NCBI GenBank assembly: GCA_964016885.1
Contig: OZ024741.1
Location: 340,070,001 to 340,134,000, forward strand
Origin: Eledone cirrhosa
Lineage: Eukaryota
Length of the DNA: 64,000 bases
Reading direction: 5' to 3'
How positions within the stretch are numbered: position 1 is the stretch's first letter; the number at the start of each line of letters is the position of its first letter. Below are positions 24,001 to 36,000 of this stretch, piece by piece. The notes below the pieces were generated by a model that did not search any database, was not told the origin of the DNA, and saw only the letters and a program-made list of their open reading frames with translations. The translations under genes and the position numbers were made by a program.

Positions 24001-27000
24001 TTGTAGTTGTAGTGGTAGTGTCAGTAGTTGATGTCGTGGTTGTTGTAGTGGTAGTGTCAGTAGTGGTAGTGTCAGTAGTTGATGTAGTGGTTGTTGTAGT
24101 TGTAGTGGTAGTGTCAGTAGTTGATGTAGTGGTTGTTGTAGTGGTAGTGTCAGAAGTTGTTATAGTTGTAGTGGTAGTGTCAGTAGTTGATGTAGTGGTT
24201 GTTGTAGTTGTAGTGGTAGTGTCAGTAGTTGTAGTGGTTGTTGTAGTTGTAGTGGTAGTGTCAGTAGTTGATGTAGTGGTTGTTGTAGTTGTAGTGGTAG
24301 TGTCAGTAGTTGTAGTGGTTGTTGTAGTTGTAGTGGTAGTGTCAGTAGTTGATGTAGTGGTTGTTGTAGTTGTAGTGGTGGTGTCAGTAGTTGATGTAGT
24401 GGTTGTTGTACTTGTAGTGGTAGTGTCAGTAGTTGATGTAGTGGTTGTTGTAGTGGTAGTGGTAGTGTCAGTAGTTGTAGTGGTTGTTGTAGTTGTAGTG
24501 GTAGTGTCAGTAGTTGATGTAGTGGTTGTTGTAGTTGTAGTGGTGGTGTCAGTAGTTGATGTAGTGGTTGTTGTACTTGTAGTGGTAGTGTCAGTAGTTG
24601 ATGTAGTGGTTGTTGTAGTTGTAGTGGTAGTGTCAGTAGTTGATGTAGTGGTTGTTCTATTTGTAGTGGTAGTGTCAGTAGTTGATGTAGTTGTTGTTGT
24701 AGTTGTAGTGGTAGTGTCAGTAGTTGATGTAGTGGTTGTTGTAGTTGTAGTGGTAGTGTCAGTAGTTGATGTAGTGTTTGTTGTAGTTGTAGTGGTAGTG
24801 TCAGAAGTTGATGTAGTGGTTGTTGTAGTTGTAGTGGTAGTGTCAGAAGTTGATGTAGTGGTTGTTGTAGTTGTAGTGGTAGTGTCAGTAGTTGATGTAG
24901 TGGTTGTTGTAGTTGTAGTGGTAGTGTCAGTAGTTGTAGTGGTTGTTGTAGTTGTAGTGCTAGTGTCAGTAGTTGATGTAGTGGTTGTTGTAGTTGTAGT
25001 GGTAGTGTCAGTAGTTGATGTAGTGGTTGTTGTACTTGTAGTGGTAGTGTCAGTAGTTGATGTAGTGGTTGTTGTAGTTGTAGTGGTAGTGTCAGTAGTT
25101 GATGTAGTGGTTGTTGTACTTGTAGTGCTAGTGTCAGTAGTTGATGTAGTGGTTGTTGTAGTTGTAGTGGTAGTGTCAGTAGTTGATGTAGTGGTTGTTG
25201 TACTTGTAGTGGTAGTGTCAGTAGTTGATGTAGTGGTTGTTGTAGTTGTAGTGGTAGTGTCAGTAGTTGTAGTGGTTGTTGTAGTTGTAGTGCTAGTGTC
25301 AGTAGTTGATGTAGTGGTTGTTGTAGTTGTAGTGGTAGTGTCAGTAGTTGATGTAGTGGTTGTTGTACTTGTAGTGGTAGTGTCAGTAGTTGATGTAGTG
25401 GTTGTTGTAGTTGTAGTGGTAGTGTCAGAAGTTGATGTAGTGGTTGTTGTAGTTGTAGTGGTAGCGTCAGTAGTTGATGTAGTGGTTTTTGTACTTGTAG
25501 TGGTAGTGTCAGTAGTTGATGTAGTGGTTGTTGTAGTTGTAGTGGTAGTGTCAGTAGTTGATGTAGTGGTTGTTGTAGTTGTAGTGGTAGTGTCAGAAGT
25601 TGATGTAGTGGTTGTTGTAGTTGTAGTGGTGGTGTCAGTAGTTGATGTAGTGGTTGTTGTAGTTGTAGTGGTAGTGTCAGTAGTTGATGTAGTGATTGTT
25701 GTAGTTGTAGTGGTAGTGTCAGTAGTTGATGTAGTGGTAGTGTCAGTAGTTGATGTAGTGGTTGTTGTACTTGTAGTGGTAGTGTCAGAAGTTGATGTAG
25801 TGGTTGTTGTAGTTGTAGTGGTAGTGTCAGAAGTTGATGTAGTGGTTGTTGTAGTTGTAGTGGTAGTGTCAGTAGTTGATGTAGTGGTTGTTGTACTTGT
25901 AGTGGTAGTGTCAGTAGTTGATGTAGTGGTTGTTGTAGTTGTAGTGGTAGTGTCAGAAGTTGATGTAGTGGTTGTTGTAGTTGTAGTGATAGTGTCAGTA
26001 GTTGATGTAGTGGTTGTTGTAGTTGTAGTGGTAGTGTCAGTAGTTGATGTAGTGGTTGTTGTAGTTGTAGTGGTAGTGTCAGAAGTTGATGTAGTGGTTG
26101 TTGTAGTTGTAGTGGTAGTGTCAGTAGTTGATGTAGTGGTTGCTGTAGTTGTAGTGGTAGTGTCAGTAGTTGATGTAGTGGTTGTTGTAGTTGTAGTGGT
26201 AGTGTCAGAAGTTGATGTAGTGGTTGTTGTAGTTGTAGTGGTAGTGTCAGAAGTTGATGTAGTGGTTGTTGTAGTTGTAGTGGTAGTGTCAGAAGTTGAT
26301 GTAGTAGTTGTTGTAGTTGTAGTGGTAGTGTCAGAAGTTGTTGTAGTTGTAGTGGTAGTGTCAGTAGTTGATGTAATGGTTGTTGTAGTTGTAGAGGTAG
26401 TGTCAGATGTTGATGTAGTGGTTGTTGTACTTGTAGTGGTAGTGTCAGTAGTTGATGTAGTGGTTGTTGTAGTTGTAATGGTAGTGTCAGTAGTTGATGT
26501 AGTGGTTGTTGTAGTTGTAGTGGTAGTGTCAGTAGTTGATGTAGTGGTTGTTGTAGTTGTAGTGGTAGTGTCAGTAGTTGATGTAGTGGTTGTTGTAGTT
26601 GTAGTGGTAGTGTCAGTAGTTGATGTAGTGGTTGTTGTAGTTGTAGTGGTAGTGTCAGTATTGATGTAGTGGTTGTTGTAGTTGTAGTGGTAGTGTCAGA
26701 ACTTGATGTAGTGGTTGTTGTAGTTGTAGTGGTAGTGTCAGAAGTTGATGTAGTGGTTGTTGTAGTTGTAGTGGTAGTGTCAGTAGTTGATGTAGTGGTT
26801 GTTGTAGTTGTAGTGGTAGTGTCAGAAGTTTATGTAGTGGTTGTTGTAGTTGTAGTGTTAGTGTCAGTAGTTGATGTAGTGGTTGTTGTAGTTGTAGTGG
26901 TAGTGTCAGTAGTTGATGTAGTGGTTGTTGTAGTTGTTGTGGTAGTGTCAGTAGTTGATGTAGTGGTTGTTGTAGTTGTAGTGGTAGTGTCAGTAGTTGA

Positions 27001-30000
27001 TGTAGTGGTTGTTGTAGTTGTAGTGGTAATGTCAGTAGTTGATGTAGTGGTTGTTGTAGTTGTAGTGGTAGTGTCAGTAATTGATGTAGTGGTTGTTTTA
27101 GTTGTAGTGGTAGTGTCAGTAGTTGATGTAGTGGTTGTTGTAGTTGTAGTGGTAGTGTCAGAAGTTGATGTAGTGGTTGGTGTAGTTGTAGTGGTAGTGT
27201 CAGTAGTTGATGTAGTGTTTGTTGTAGTTTTAGTGGTAGTGTCAGTAGTTGATGTAGTGGTTGTTGTAGTTGTAGTGGTAGTGTCAGAAGTTGATGTAGT
27301 GGTTGTTGTAGTTGTAGTGGTAGTGTCAGTAGTTGATGTAGTGGTTGTTGTAGTTGTAGTGGTAGTGTCAGAAGTTGATGTAGTGGTTGTTGTAGTTGTA
27401 GTGGTAGTGTCAGAAGTTGATGTAGTGGTTGTTGTAGTTGTAGTGGTAGTGTCAGTAGTTGATGTAGTGGTTGTTGTATTTGTAGTGGTAGTGTCAGTAG
27501 TTGATGTAGTGGTTGTTGTAGTTGTAGTGCTAGTGTCAGTAGTTGATGTAGTGGTTGTTGTAGTTGTAGTGCTAGTGTCAGTAGTTGATGTAGTGGTTGT
27601 TGTAGTTGTAGTGGTAGTGTCAGTAGTTGATGTAGTGGTTGTTGTATTTGTAGTGGTAGTGTCAGTAGTTGATGTAGTGGTTGTTGTACTTGTAGTGGTA
27701 GTGTCAGTAGTTGATGTAGTGGTTGTTGTAGTTGTAGTGGTAGTGTCAGTAGTTGTAGTGGTTGTTGTAGTTGTAGTGCTAGTGTCAGTAGTTGATGTAG
27801 TGGTTGTTGTAGTTGTAGTGGTAGTGTCAGTAGTTGATGTAGTGGTTGTTGTACTTGTAGTGGTAGTGTCAGTAGTTGATGTAGTGGTTGTTGTAGTTGT
27901 AGTGGTAGTGTCAGAAGTTGATGTAGTGGTTGTTGTAGTTGTAGTGGTAGCGTCAGTAGTTGATGTAGTGGTTTTTGTACTTGTAGTGGTAGTGTCAGTA
28001 GTTGATGTAGTGGTTGTTGTAGTTGTAGTGGTAATGTCAGTAGTTGATGTAGTGGTTGTTGTAGTTGTAGTGGTAGTGTCAGAAGTTGATGTAGTGGTTG
28101 TTGTAGTTGTAGTGGTGGTGTCAGTAGTTGATGTAGTGGTTGTTGTAGTTGTAGTGGTAGTGTCAGTAGTTGATGTAGTGATTGTTGTAGTTGTAGTGGT
28201 AGTGTCAGTAGTTGATGTAGTGGTAGTGTCAGTAGTTGATGTAGTGGTTGTTGTACTTGTAGTGGTAGTGTCAGAAGTTGATGTAGTGGTTGTTGTAGTT
28301 GTAGTGGTAGTGTCAGAAGTTGATGTAGTGGTTGTTGTAGTTGTAGTGGTAGTGTCAGTATTTGATGTAGTGGTTGTTGTACTTGTAGTGGTAGTGTCAG
28401 TAGATGATGTAGTGGTTGTTGTAGTTGTAGTGGTAGTGTCAGTAGTTGTAGTGGTTGTTGTAGTTGTAGTGGTAGTGTCAGTAGTTGATGTAGTGGTTGT
28501 TGTAGTTGTAGTGGTAGTGTCAGTAGTTGATGTAGTGGTTGTTGTACTTGTAGTGGTAGTGTCAGTAGTTGATGTAGTGGTTGTTGTAGTTGTAGTGGTA
28601 GTGTCAGAAGTTGATGTAGTGGTTGTTGTAGTTGTAGTGATAGTGTCAGTAGTTGATGTAGTGGTTGTTGTAGTTGTAGTGGTAGTGTCAGTAGTTGATG
28701 TAGTGGTTGTTGTAGTTGTAGTGGTAGTGTCAGAAGTTGATGTAGTGGTTGTTGTAGTTGTAGTGGTAGTGTCAGTAGTTGATGTAGTGGTTGCTGTAGT
28801 TGTAGTGGTAGTGTCAGTAGTTGATGTAGTGGTTGTTGTAGTTGTAGTGGTAGTGTCAGAAGTTGATGTAGTGGTTGTTGTAGTTGTAGTGGTAGTGTCA
28901 GAAGTTGATGTAGTGGTTGTTGTAGTTGTAGTGGTAGTGTCAGAAGTTGATGTAGTAGTTGTTGTAGTTGTAGTGGTAGTGTCAGAAGTTGTTGTAGTTG
29001 TAGTGGTAGTGTCAGTAGTTGATGTAATGGTTGTTGTAGTTGTAGAGGTAGTGTCAGATGTTGATGTAGTGGTTGTTGTAGTTGTAGTGGTAGTGTCAGT
29101 AGTTGATGTAGTGGTTGTTATAGTTGTAATGGTAGTGTCAGTAGTTGATGTAGTGGTTGTTGTAGTGGTAGTGTCAGTAGTTGATGTAGTGGTTGTTGTA
29201 GTTGTAGTGGTAGTGTCAGTAGTTGATGTAGTGGTTGTTGTAGTTGTAGTGGTAGTGTCAGTAGTTGATGTAGTGGTTGTTGTAGTTGTAGTGGTAGTGT
29301 CAGTATTGATGTAGTGGTTGTTGTAGTTGTAGTGGTAGTGTCAGAACTTGATGTAGTGGTTGTTGTAGTTGTAGTGGTAGTGTCAGAAGTTGATGTAGTG
29401 GTTGTTGTAGTTGTAGTGGTAGTGTCAGTAGTTGATGTAGTGGTTGTTGTAGTTGTAGTGGTAGTGTCAGAAGTTTATGTAGTGGTTGTTGTAGTTGTAG
29501 TGTTAGTGTCAGTAGTTGATGTAGTGGTTGTTGTAGTTGTAGTGGTAGTGTCAGTAGTTGATGTAGTGGTTGTTGTAGTTGTTGTGGTAGTGTCAGTAGT
29601 TGATGTAGTGGTTGTTGTAGTTGTAGTGGTAGTGTCAGTAGTTGATGTAGTGGTTGTTGTAGTTGTAGTGGTAATGTCAGTAGTTGATGTAGTGGTTGTT
29701 GTAGTTGTAGTGGTAGTGTCAGTAATTGATGTAGTGGTTGTTTTAGTTGTAGTGGTAGTGTCAGTAGTTGATGTAGTGGTTGTTGTAGTTGTAGTGGTAG
29801 TGTCAGAAGTTGATGTAGTGGTTGGTGTAGTTGTAGTGGTAGTGTCAGTAGTTGATGTAGTGTTTGTTGTAGTTTTAGTGGTAGTGTCAGTAGTTGATGT
29901 AGTGGTTGTTGTAGTTGTAGTGGTAGTGTCAGAAGTTGATGTAGTGGTTGTTGTAGTTGTAGTGGTAGTGTCAGTAGTTGATGTAGTGGTTGTTGTAGTT

Positions 30001-33000
30001 GTAGTGGTAGTGTCAGAAGTTGATGTAGTGGTTGTTGTAGTTGTAGTGGTAGTGTCAGAAGTTGATGTAGTGGTTGTTGTAGTTGTAGTGGTAGTGTCAG
30101 TAGTTGATGTAGTGGTTGTTGTATTTGTAGTGGTAGTGTCAGTAGTTGATGTAGTGGTTGTTGTAGTTGTAGTGCTAGTGTCAGTAGTTGATGTAGTGGT
30201 TGTTGTAGTTGTAGTGCTAGTGTCAGTAGTTGATGTAGTGGTTGTTGTAGTTGTAGTGGTAGTGTCAGAAGTTGATGTAGTGGTTGTTGTTGTTGTAGTG
30301 GTAGTGTCAGTAGTTGATGTAGTGGTTGTTGTAGTTGTAGTGGTAGTGCCAGTAGTTGATGTAGTGGTTGTTGTAGTTGTAGTGGTAGTGTCAGTAGTTG
30401 ATGTAGTGGTTGTTGTAGTTGTAGTGGTAGTGTCAGTAGTTGGTGTAGTGGTTGTTGTAGTTGTAGTGGTAGTGTCAGAAGTTGATGTAGTGGTTGTCGT
30501 AATTGTAGTGGTAGTGTCAGTAGTTGATGTAGTGGTTGTTGTAGTTGTAGTGCTAGTGTCAGTCGTTGGTGTAGTGGTTGTTGTAGTTGTAGTGGTAGTG
30601 TCAGAAGTTGATGTAGTGGTTGTTGTAGTTGTAGTGGTAGTGTCAGTAGTTGATGTAGTGGTTGTTGTAGTTGTAGTGGTAGTGTCAGTAGTTGTTGTAG
30701 TGTTTGTTGTAGTTGTAGTGGTAGTGTCAGTAGTTGATGTAGTGGTTGTTGTAGTTGTATTGGTAGTGTCAGAAGTTGATGTAGTGGTTGTTGTAGTTGT
30801 AGTGGTAGTGTCAGAAGATGATGTAGTGGTTGTTGTAGTTGTAGTGGTAGTGTCAGTAGTTGATGTAGTGGTTGTTGTAGTTGTAGTGGTAGTGTCAGTA
30901 GTTGATGTAGTGGTTGTTGTAGTTGTAGTGGTAGTGTCAGAAGTTGATGTAGTGGTTGTTGTAGTTGTAGTGGTAGTGTCAGTAGTTGATGTAGTGGTTG
31001 TTGTAGTTGTAGTGGTAGTGTCAGTAGTTGATGTAGTGGTTGTTGTAGTTGTTGTGGTAGTGTCAGTAGTTGATGTAGTGGTTGTTGTAGTTGTAGTGGT
31101 AGTGTCAGTAGTTGATGTAGTGGTTGTTGTAGTTGTAGTGGTAGTGTCAGTAGTTGATGTAGTGGTTGTTGTAGTTATAGTGGTAGTGTCAGTAGTTGAT
31201 GTAGTGGTTGTTGTAGTTGTAGTGGTAGTGTCAGTAGTTGATGTAGTGGTTGTTGTAGTTGTAGTGGTAGAGTCAGTAGTTGATGTAGTGGTTGTTGTAG
31301 TTGTAGTGGTAGTGTCAGTAGTTGATGTAGTGGTTGTTGTAGTTGTAGTGGTAGTGTCAGTAGTTGATGTAGTGGTTGTTGTAGTTGTAGTGGTATTGTC
31401 AGTAGTTGATGTAGTGGTTGTTGTAGTTGTAGTGGTAGTATCAGTAGTTGATGTAGTGGTTGTTGTAGTTGTAGTGGTAGTGTCAGTAGTTGGTGTAGTG
31501 GGTGTTGTAGTTGTAGTGGTAGTGTCAGTAGTTGGTGTAGTGGTTGTTGTAGTTGTAGTGGTAGTGTCAGAAGTTGATGTAGTGGTTGTTGTAGTTGTAG
31601 TGGTAGTGTCAGTAGTTGATGTAGTGGTTGTTGTAGTTGTAGTGGTAGTGTCAGTAGTTGGTGTAGTGGTTGTTGTAGTTGTAGTGGTAGTGTCAGTAGT
31701 TGATGTAGTGGTTGTTGTAGTTGTAGTGGTAGTGTCAGTAGTTGATGTAGTGGTTGTTGTAGTTGTAGTGGTAGTGTCAGAAGTTGATGTAGTGGTTGTT
31801 GTAGTTGTAGTGGTAGTGTCAGAAGTTGATGTAGTGGTTGTTGTAGTTGTAGTGGTAGTGTCAGTAGTTGATGTAGTGGTTGTTGTACTTGTAGTGGTAG
31901 TGTCAGTAGTTGGTGTAGTGGTTGTTGTAGTTGTAGTGGTAGTGTCAGTAGTTGATGTAGTGGTTGTTGTAGTTGTAGTGGTAGTGTGAGTAGTTGATGT
32001 AGTGGTTGTTGTAGTTGTAGTGGTAGTGTCAGTAGTTGGTGTAGTGGTTGTTGTAGTTGTAGTGGTAGTGTCAGAATTTGATGTAGTGTTTGTTGTAGTT
32101 GTAGTGGTAGTGTCAGTAGTTGATGTAGTGGTTGTTGTAGTTGTAGTGGTAGTGTCAGTAGTTGATGTAGTGGTTGTTGTAGTTGTAGTGGTAGTGTCAG
32201 TAGTTGATGTAGTGGTTGTTGTAGTTGTAGTGGTAGTGTCAGTAGTTGATGTAGTGGTTGTTGTAGTTGTAGTGGTAGTGTCAGTAGTTGATGTAGTGGT
32301 TGTTGTAGTTGTAGTGGTAGTGTCAGTAGTTGATGTAGTGGTTGTTGTAGTTGTAGTGGTAGTGTCAGTAGTTGATGTAGTGGTTGTTGTAGTTGTAGTG
32401 GTATTGTCAGTAGTTGATGTAGTGGTTGTTGTAGTTGTAGTGGTAGTATCAGTAGTTGATGTAGTGGTTGTTGTAGTTGTAGTGGTAGTGTCAGTAGTTG
32501 GTGTAGTGGGTGTTGTAGTTGTAGTGGTAGTGTCAGTAGTTGGTGTAGTGGTTGTTGTAGTTGTAGTGGTAGTGTCAGAAGTTGATGTAGTGGTTGTTGT
32601 AGTTGTAGTGGTAGTGTCAGTAGTTGATGTAGTGGTTGTTGTAGTTGTAGTGGTAGTGTCAGTAGTTGGTGTAGTGGTTGTTGTAGTTGTAGTGGTAGTG
32701 TCAGTAGTTGATGTAGTGGTTGTTGTAGTTGTAGTGGTAGTGTCAGTAGTTGATGTAGTGGTTGTTGTAGTTGTAGTGGTAGTGTCAGAAGTTGATGTAG
32801 TGGTTGTTGTAGTTGTAGTGGTAGTGTCAGAAGTTGATGTAGTGGTTGTTGTAGTTGTAGTGGTAGTGTCAGTAGTTGATGTAGTGGTTGTTGTACTTGT
32901 AGTGGTAGTGTCAGTAGTTGGTGTAGTGGTTGTTGTAGTTGTAGTGGTAGTGTCAGTAGTTGATGTAGTGGTTGTTGTAGTTGTAGTGGTAGTGTCAGTA

Positions 33001-36000
33001 GTTGATGTAGTGGTTGTTGTAGTTGTAGTGGTAGTGTCAGTAGTTGATGTAGTGGTTGTTGTAGTTGTAGTGGTAGTGTCAGTAGTTGGTGTAGTGGTTG
33101 TTGTAGTTGTAGTGGTAGTGTCAGTACTTGATGTAGTGGTTGTTGTAGTTGTAGTGGTAGTGTCAGTAGTTGATGTAGTGGTTGTTGTAGTTGTAGTGGT
33201 AGTGTCAGTAGTTGATGTAGTGGTTGTTGTAGTTGTAGTGGTAGTGTCAGTAGTTGGTGTAGTGGTTGTTGTAGTTGTAGTGGTAGTGTCAGAATTTGAT
33301 GTAGTGGTTGTTGTAGTTGTAGTGGTAGTGTCAGTAGTTGATGTAGTGGTTGTTGTAGTGGTAGTGTCAGAAGTTGATGTAGTGGTTGTTGTAGTTGTAG
33401 TGGTAGTGTCAGTAGTTGATCTAGTGGTTGTTGTAGTTGTAGTGGTAGTGTCAGTAGTTGATGTAGTGGTTGTTGTAGTGGTAGTGTCAGAAGTTGATGT
33501 AGTGGTTGTTGTAGTTGTAGTGGTAGTGTCAGAAGTTGATGTAGTGGTTGTTGTAGTTGTAGTGGTAGTGTCAGTAGTTGATGTAGTGGTTGTTGTAGTG
33601 GTAGTGTCAGTAGTTGATGTAGTGGTTGTTGTAGTTGTAGTGGTAGTGTTAGTAGTTGATGTAGTGGTTGTTGTAGTTGTAGTGGTAGTGTCAGTAGTTG
33701 TTGTAGTGGTTGTTGTAGTTGTAGTGGTAGTGTCAGAAGTTGATGTAGTGGTTGTTGTAGTTGTAGTGGTAGTGTCAGAAGTTGATGTAGTGGTTGTTGT
33801 AGTTGTAGTGGTAGTGTCAGTAGTTGATGTAGTGGTTGTTGTAGTTGTAGTGGTAGTGCAGTAGTTGATGTAGTGGTTGTTGTAGTTGTAGTGGTAGTGT
33901 CAGTAGTTGATGTAGTGGTTGTTGTAGTTGTAGTGGTAGTGTCAGTAGTTGATGTAGTGGTTGTTGTAGTGGTAGTGTCAGAAGTTGATGTAGTGGTTGT
34001 TGTAGTTGTAGTGGTAGTGTCAGTAGTTGATGTAGTGGTTGTTGTACTTGTAGTGGTAGTGTCAGTAGTTGATGTAGTGGTTGTTGTAGTTGTAGTGGTA
34101 GTGTCAGTAGTTGATGTAGTGGTTGTTGTAGTTGTAGTGGTAGTGTCAGTAGTTGATGTAGTGGTTGTTGTAGTTGTAGTGGTAGTGTCAGTAGTTGATG
34201 TAGTGGTTGTTGTAGTTGTAGTGGTAGTGTCAGTAGTTGATGTAGTGGTTGTTGTAGTTGTAGTGGTATTGTCAGTAGTTGATGTAGTGGTTGTTGTAGT
34301 TGTAGTGGTAGTATCAGTAGTTGATGTAGTGGTTGTTGTAGTTGTAGTGGTAGTGTCAGTAGTTGGTGTAGTGGGTGTTGTAGTTGTAGTGGTAGTGTCA
34401 GTAGTTGGTGTAGTGGTTGTTGTAGTTGTAGTGGTAGTGTCAGAAGTTGATGTAGTGGTTGTTGTAGTTGTAGTGGTAGTGTCAGTAGTTGATGTAGTGG
34501 TTGTTGTAGTTGTAGTGGTAGTGTCAGTAGTTGGTGTAGTGGTTGTTGTAGTTGTAGTGGTAGTGTCAGTAGTTGATGTAGTGGTTGTTGTAGTTGTAGT
34601 GGTAGTGTCAGTAGTTGATGTAGTGGTTGTTGTAGTTGTAGTGGTAGTGTCAGAAGTTGATGTAGTGGTTGTTGTAGTTGTAGTGGTAGTGTCAGAAGTT
34701 GATGTAGTGGTTGTTGTAGTTGTAGTGGTAGTGTCAGTAGTTGATGTAGTGGTTGTTGTACTTGTAGTGGTAGTGTCAGTAGTTGGTGTAGTGGTTGTTG
34801 TAGTTGTAGTGGTAGTGTCAGTAGTTGATGTAGTGGTTGTTGTAGTTGTAGTGGTAGTGTCAGTAGTTGATGTAGTGGTTGTTGTAGTTGTAGTGGTAGT
34901 GTCAGTAGTTGATGTAGTGGTTGTTGTAGTTGTAGTGGTAGTGTCAGTAGTTGGTGTAGTGGTTGTTGTAGTTGTAGTGGTAGTGTCAGTACTTGATGTA
35001 GTGGTTGTTGTAGTTGTAGTGGTAGTGTCAGTAGTTGATGTAGTGGTTGTTGTAGTTGTAGTGGTAGTGTCAGTAGTTGATGTAGTGGTTGTTGTAGTTG
35101 TAGTGGTAGTGTCAGTAGTTGGTGTAGTGGTTGTTGTAGTTGTAGTGGTAGTGTCAGAATTTGATGTAGTGGTTGTTGTAGTTGTAGTGGTAGTGTCAGT
35201 AGTTGATGTAGTGGTTGTTGTAGTGGTAGTGTCAGAAGTTGATGTAGTGGTTGTTGTAGTTGTAGTGGTAGTGTCAGTAGTTGATCTAGTGGTTGTTGTA
35301 GTTGTAGTGGTAGTGTCAGTAGTTGATGTAGTGGTTGTTGTAGTGGTAGTGTCAGAAGTTGATGTAGTGGTTGTTGTAGTTGTAGTGGTAGTGTCAGAAG
35401 TTGATGTAGTGGTTGTTGTAGTTGTAGTGGTAGTGTCAGTAGTTGATGTAGTGGTTGTTGTAGTGGTAGTGTCAGTAGTTGATGTAGTGGTTGTTGTAGT
35501 TGTAGTGGTAGTGTTAGTAGTTGATGTAGTGGTTGTTGTAGTTGTAGTGGTAGTGTCAGTAGTTGTTGTAGTGGTTGTTGTAGTTGTAGTGGTAGTGTCA
35601 GAAGTTGATGTAGTGGTTGTTGTAGTTGTAGTGGTAGTGTCAGAAGTTGATGTAGTGGTTGTTGTAGTTGTAGTGGTAGTGTCAGTAGTTGATGTAGTGG
35701 TTGTTGTAGTTGTAGTGGTAGTGCAGTAGTTGATGTAGTGGTTGTTGTAGTTGTAGTGGTAGTGTCAGTAGTTGATGTAGTGGTTGTTGTAGTTGTAGTG
35801 GTAGTGTCAGTAGTTGATGTAGTGGTTGTTGTAGTGGTAGTGTCAGAAGTTGATGTAGTGGTTGTTGTAGTTGTAGTGGTAGTGTCAGTAGTTGATGTAG
35901 TGGTTGTTGTACTTGTAGTGGTAGTGTCAGTAGTTGATGTAGTGGTTGTTGTAGTTGTAGTGGTAGTGTCAGTAGTTGATGTAGTGGTTGTTGTAGTTGT

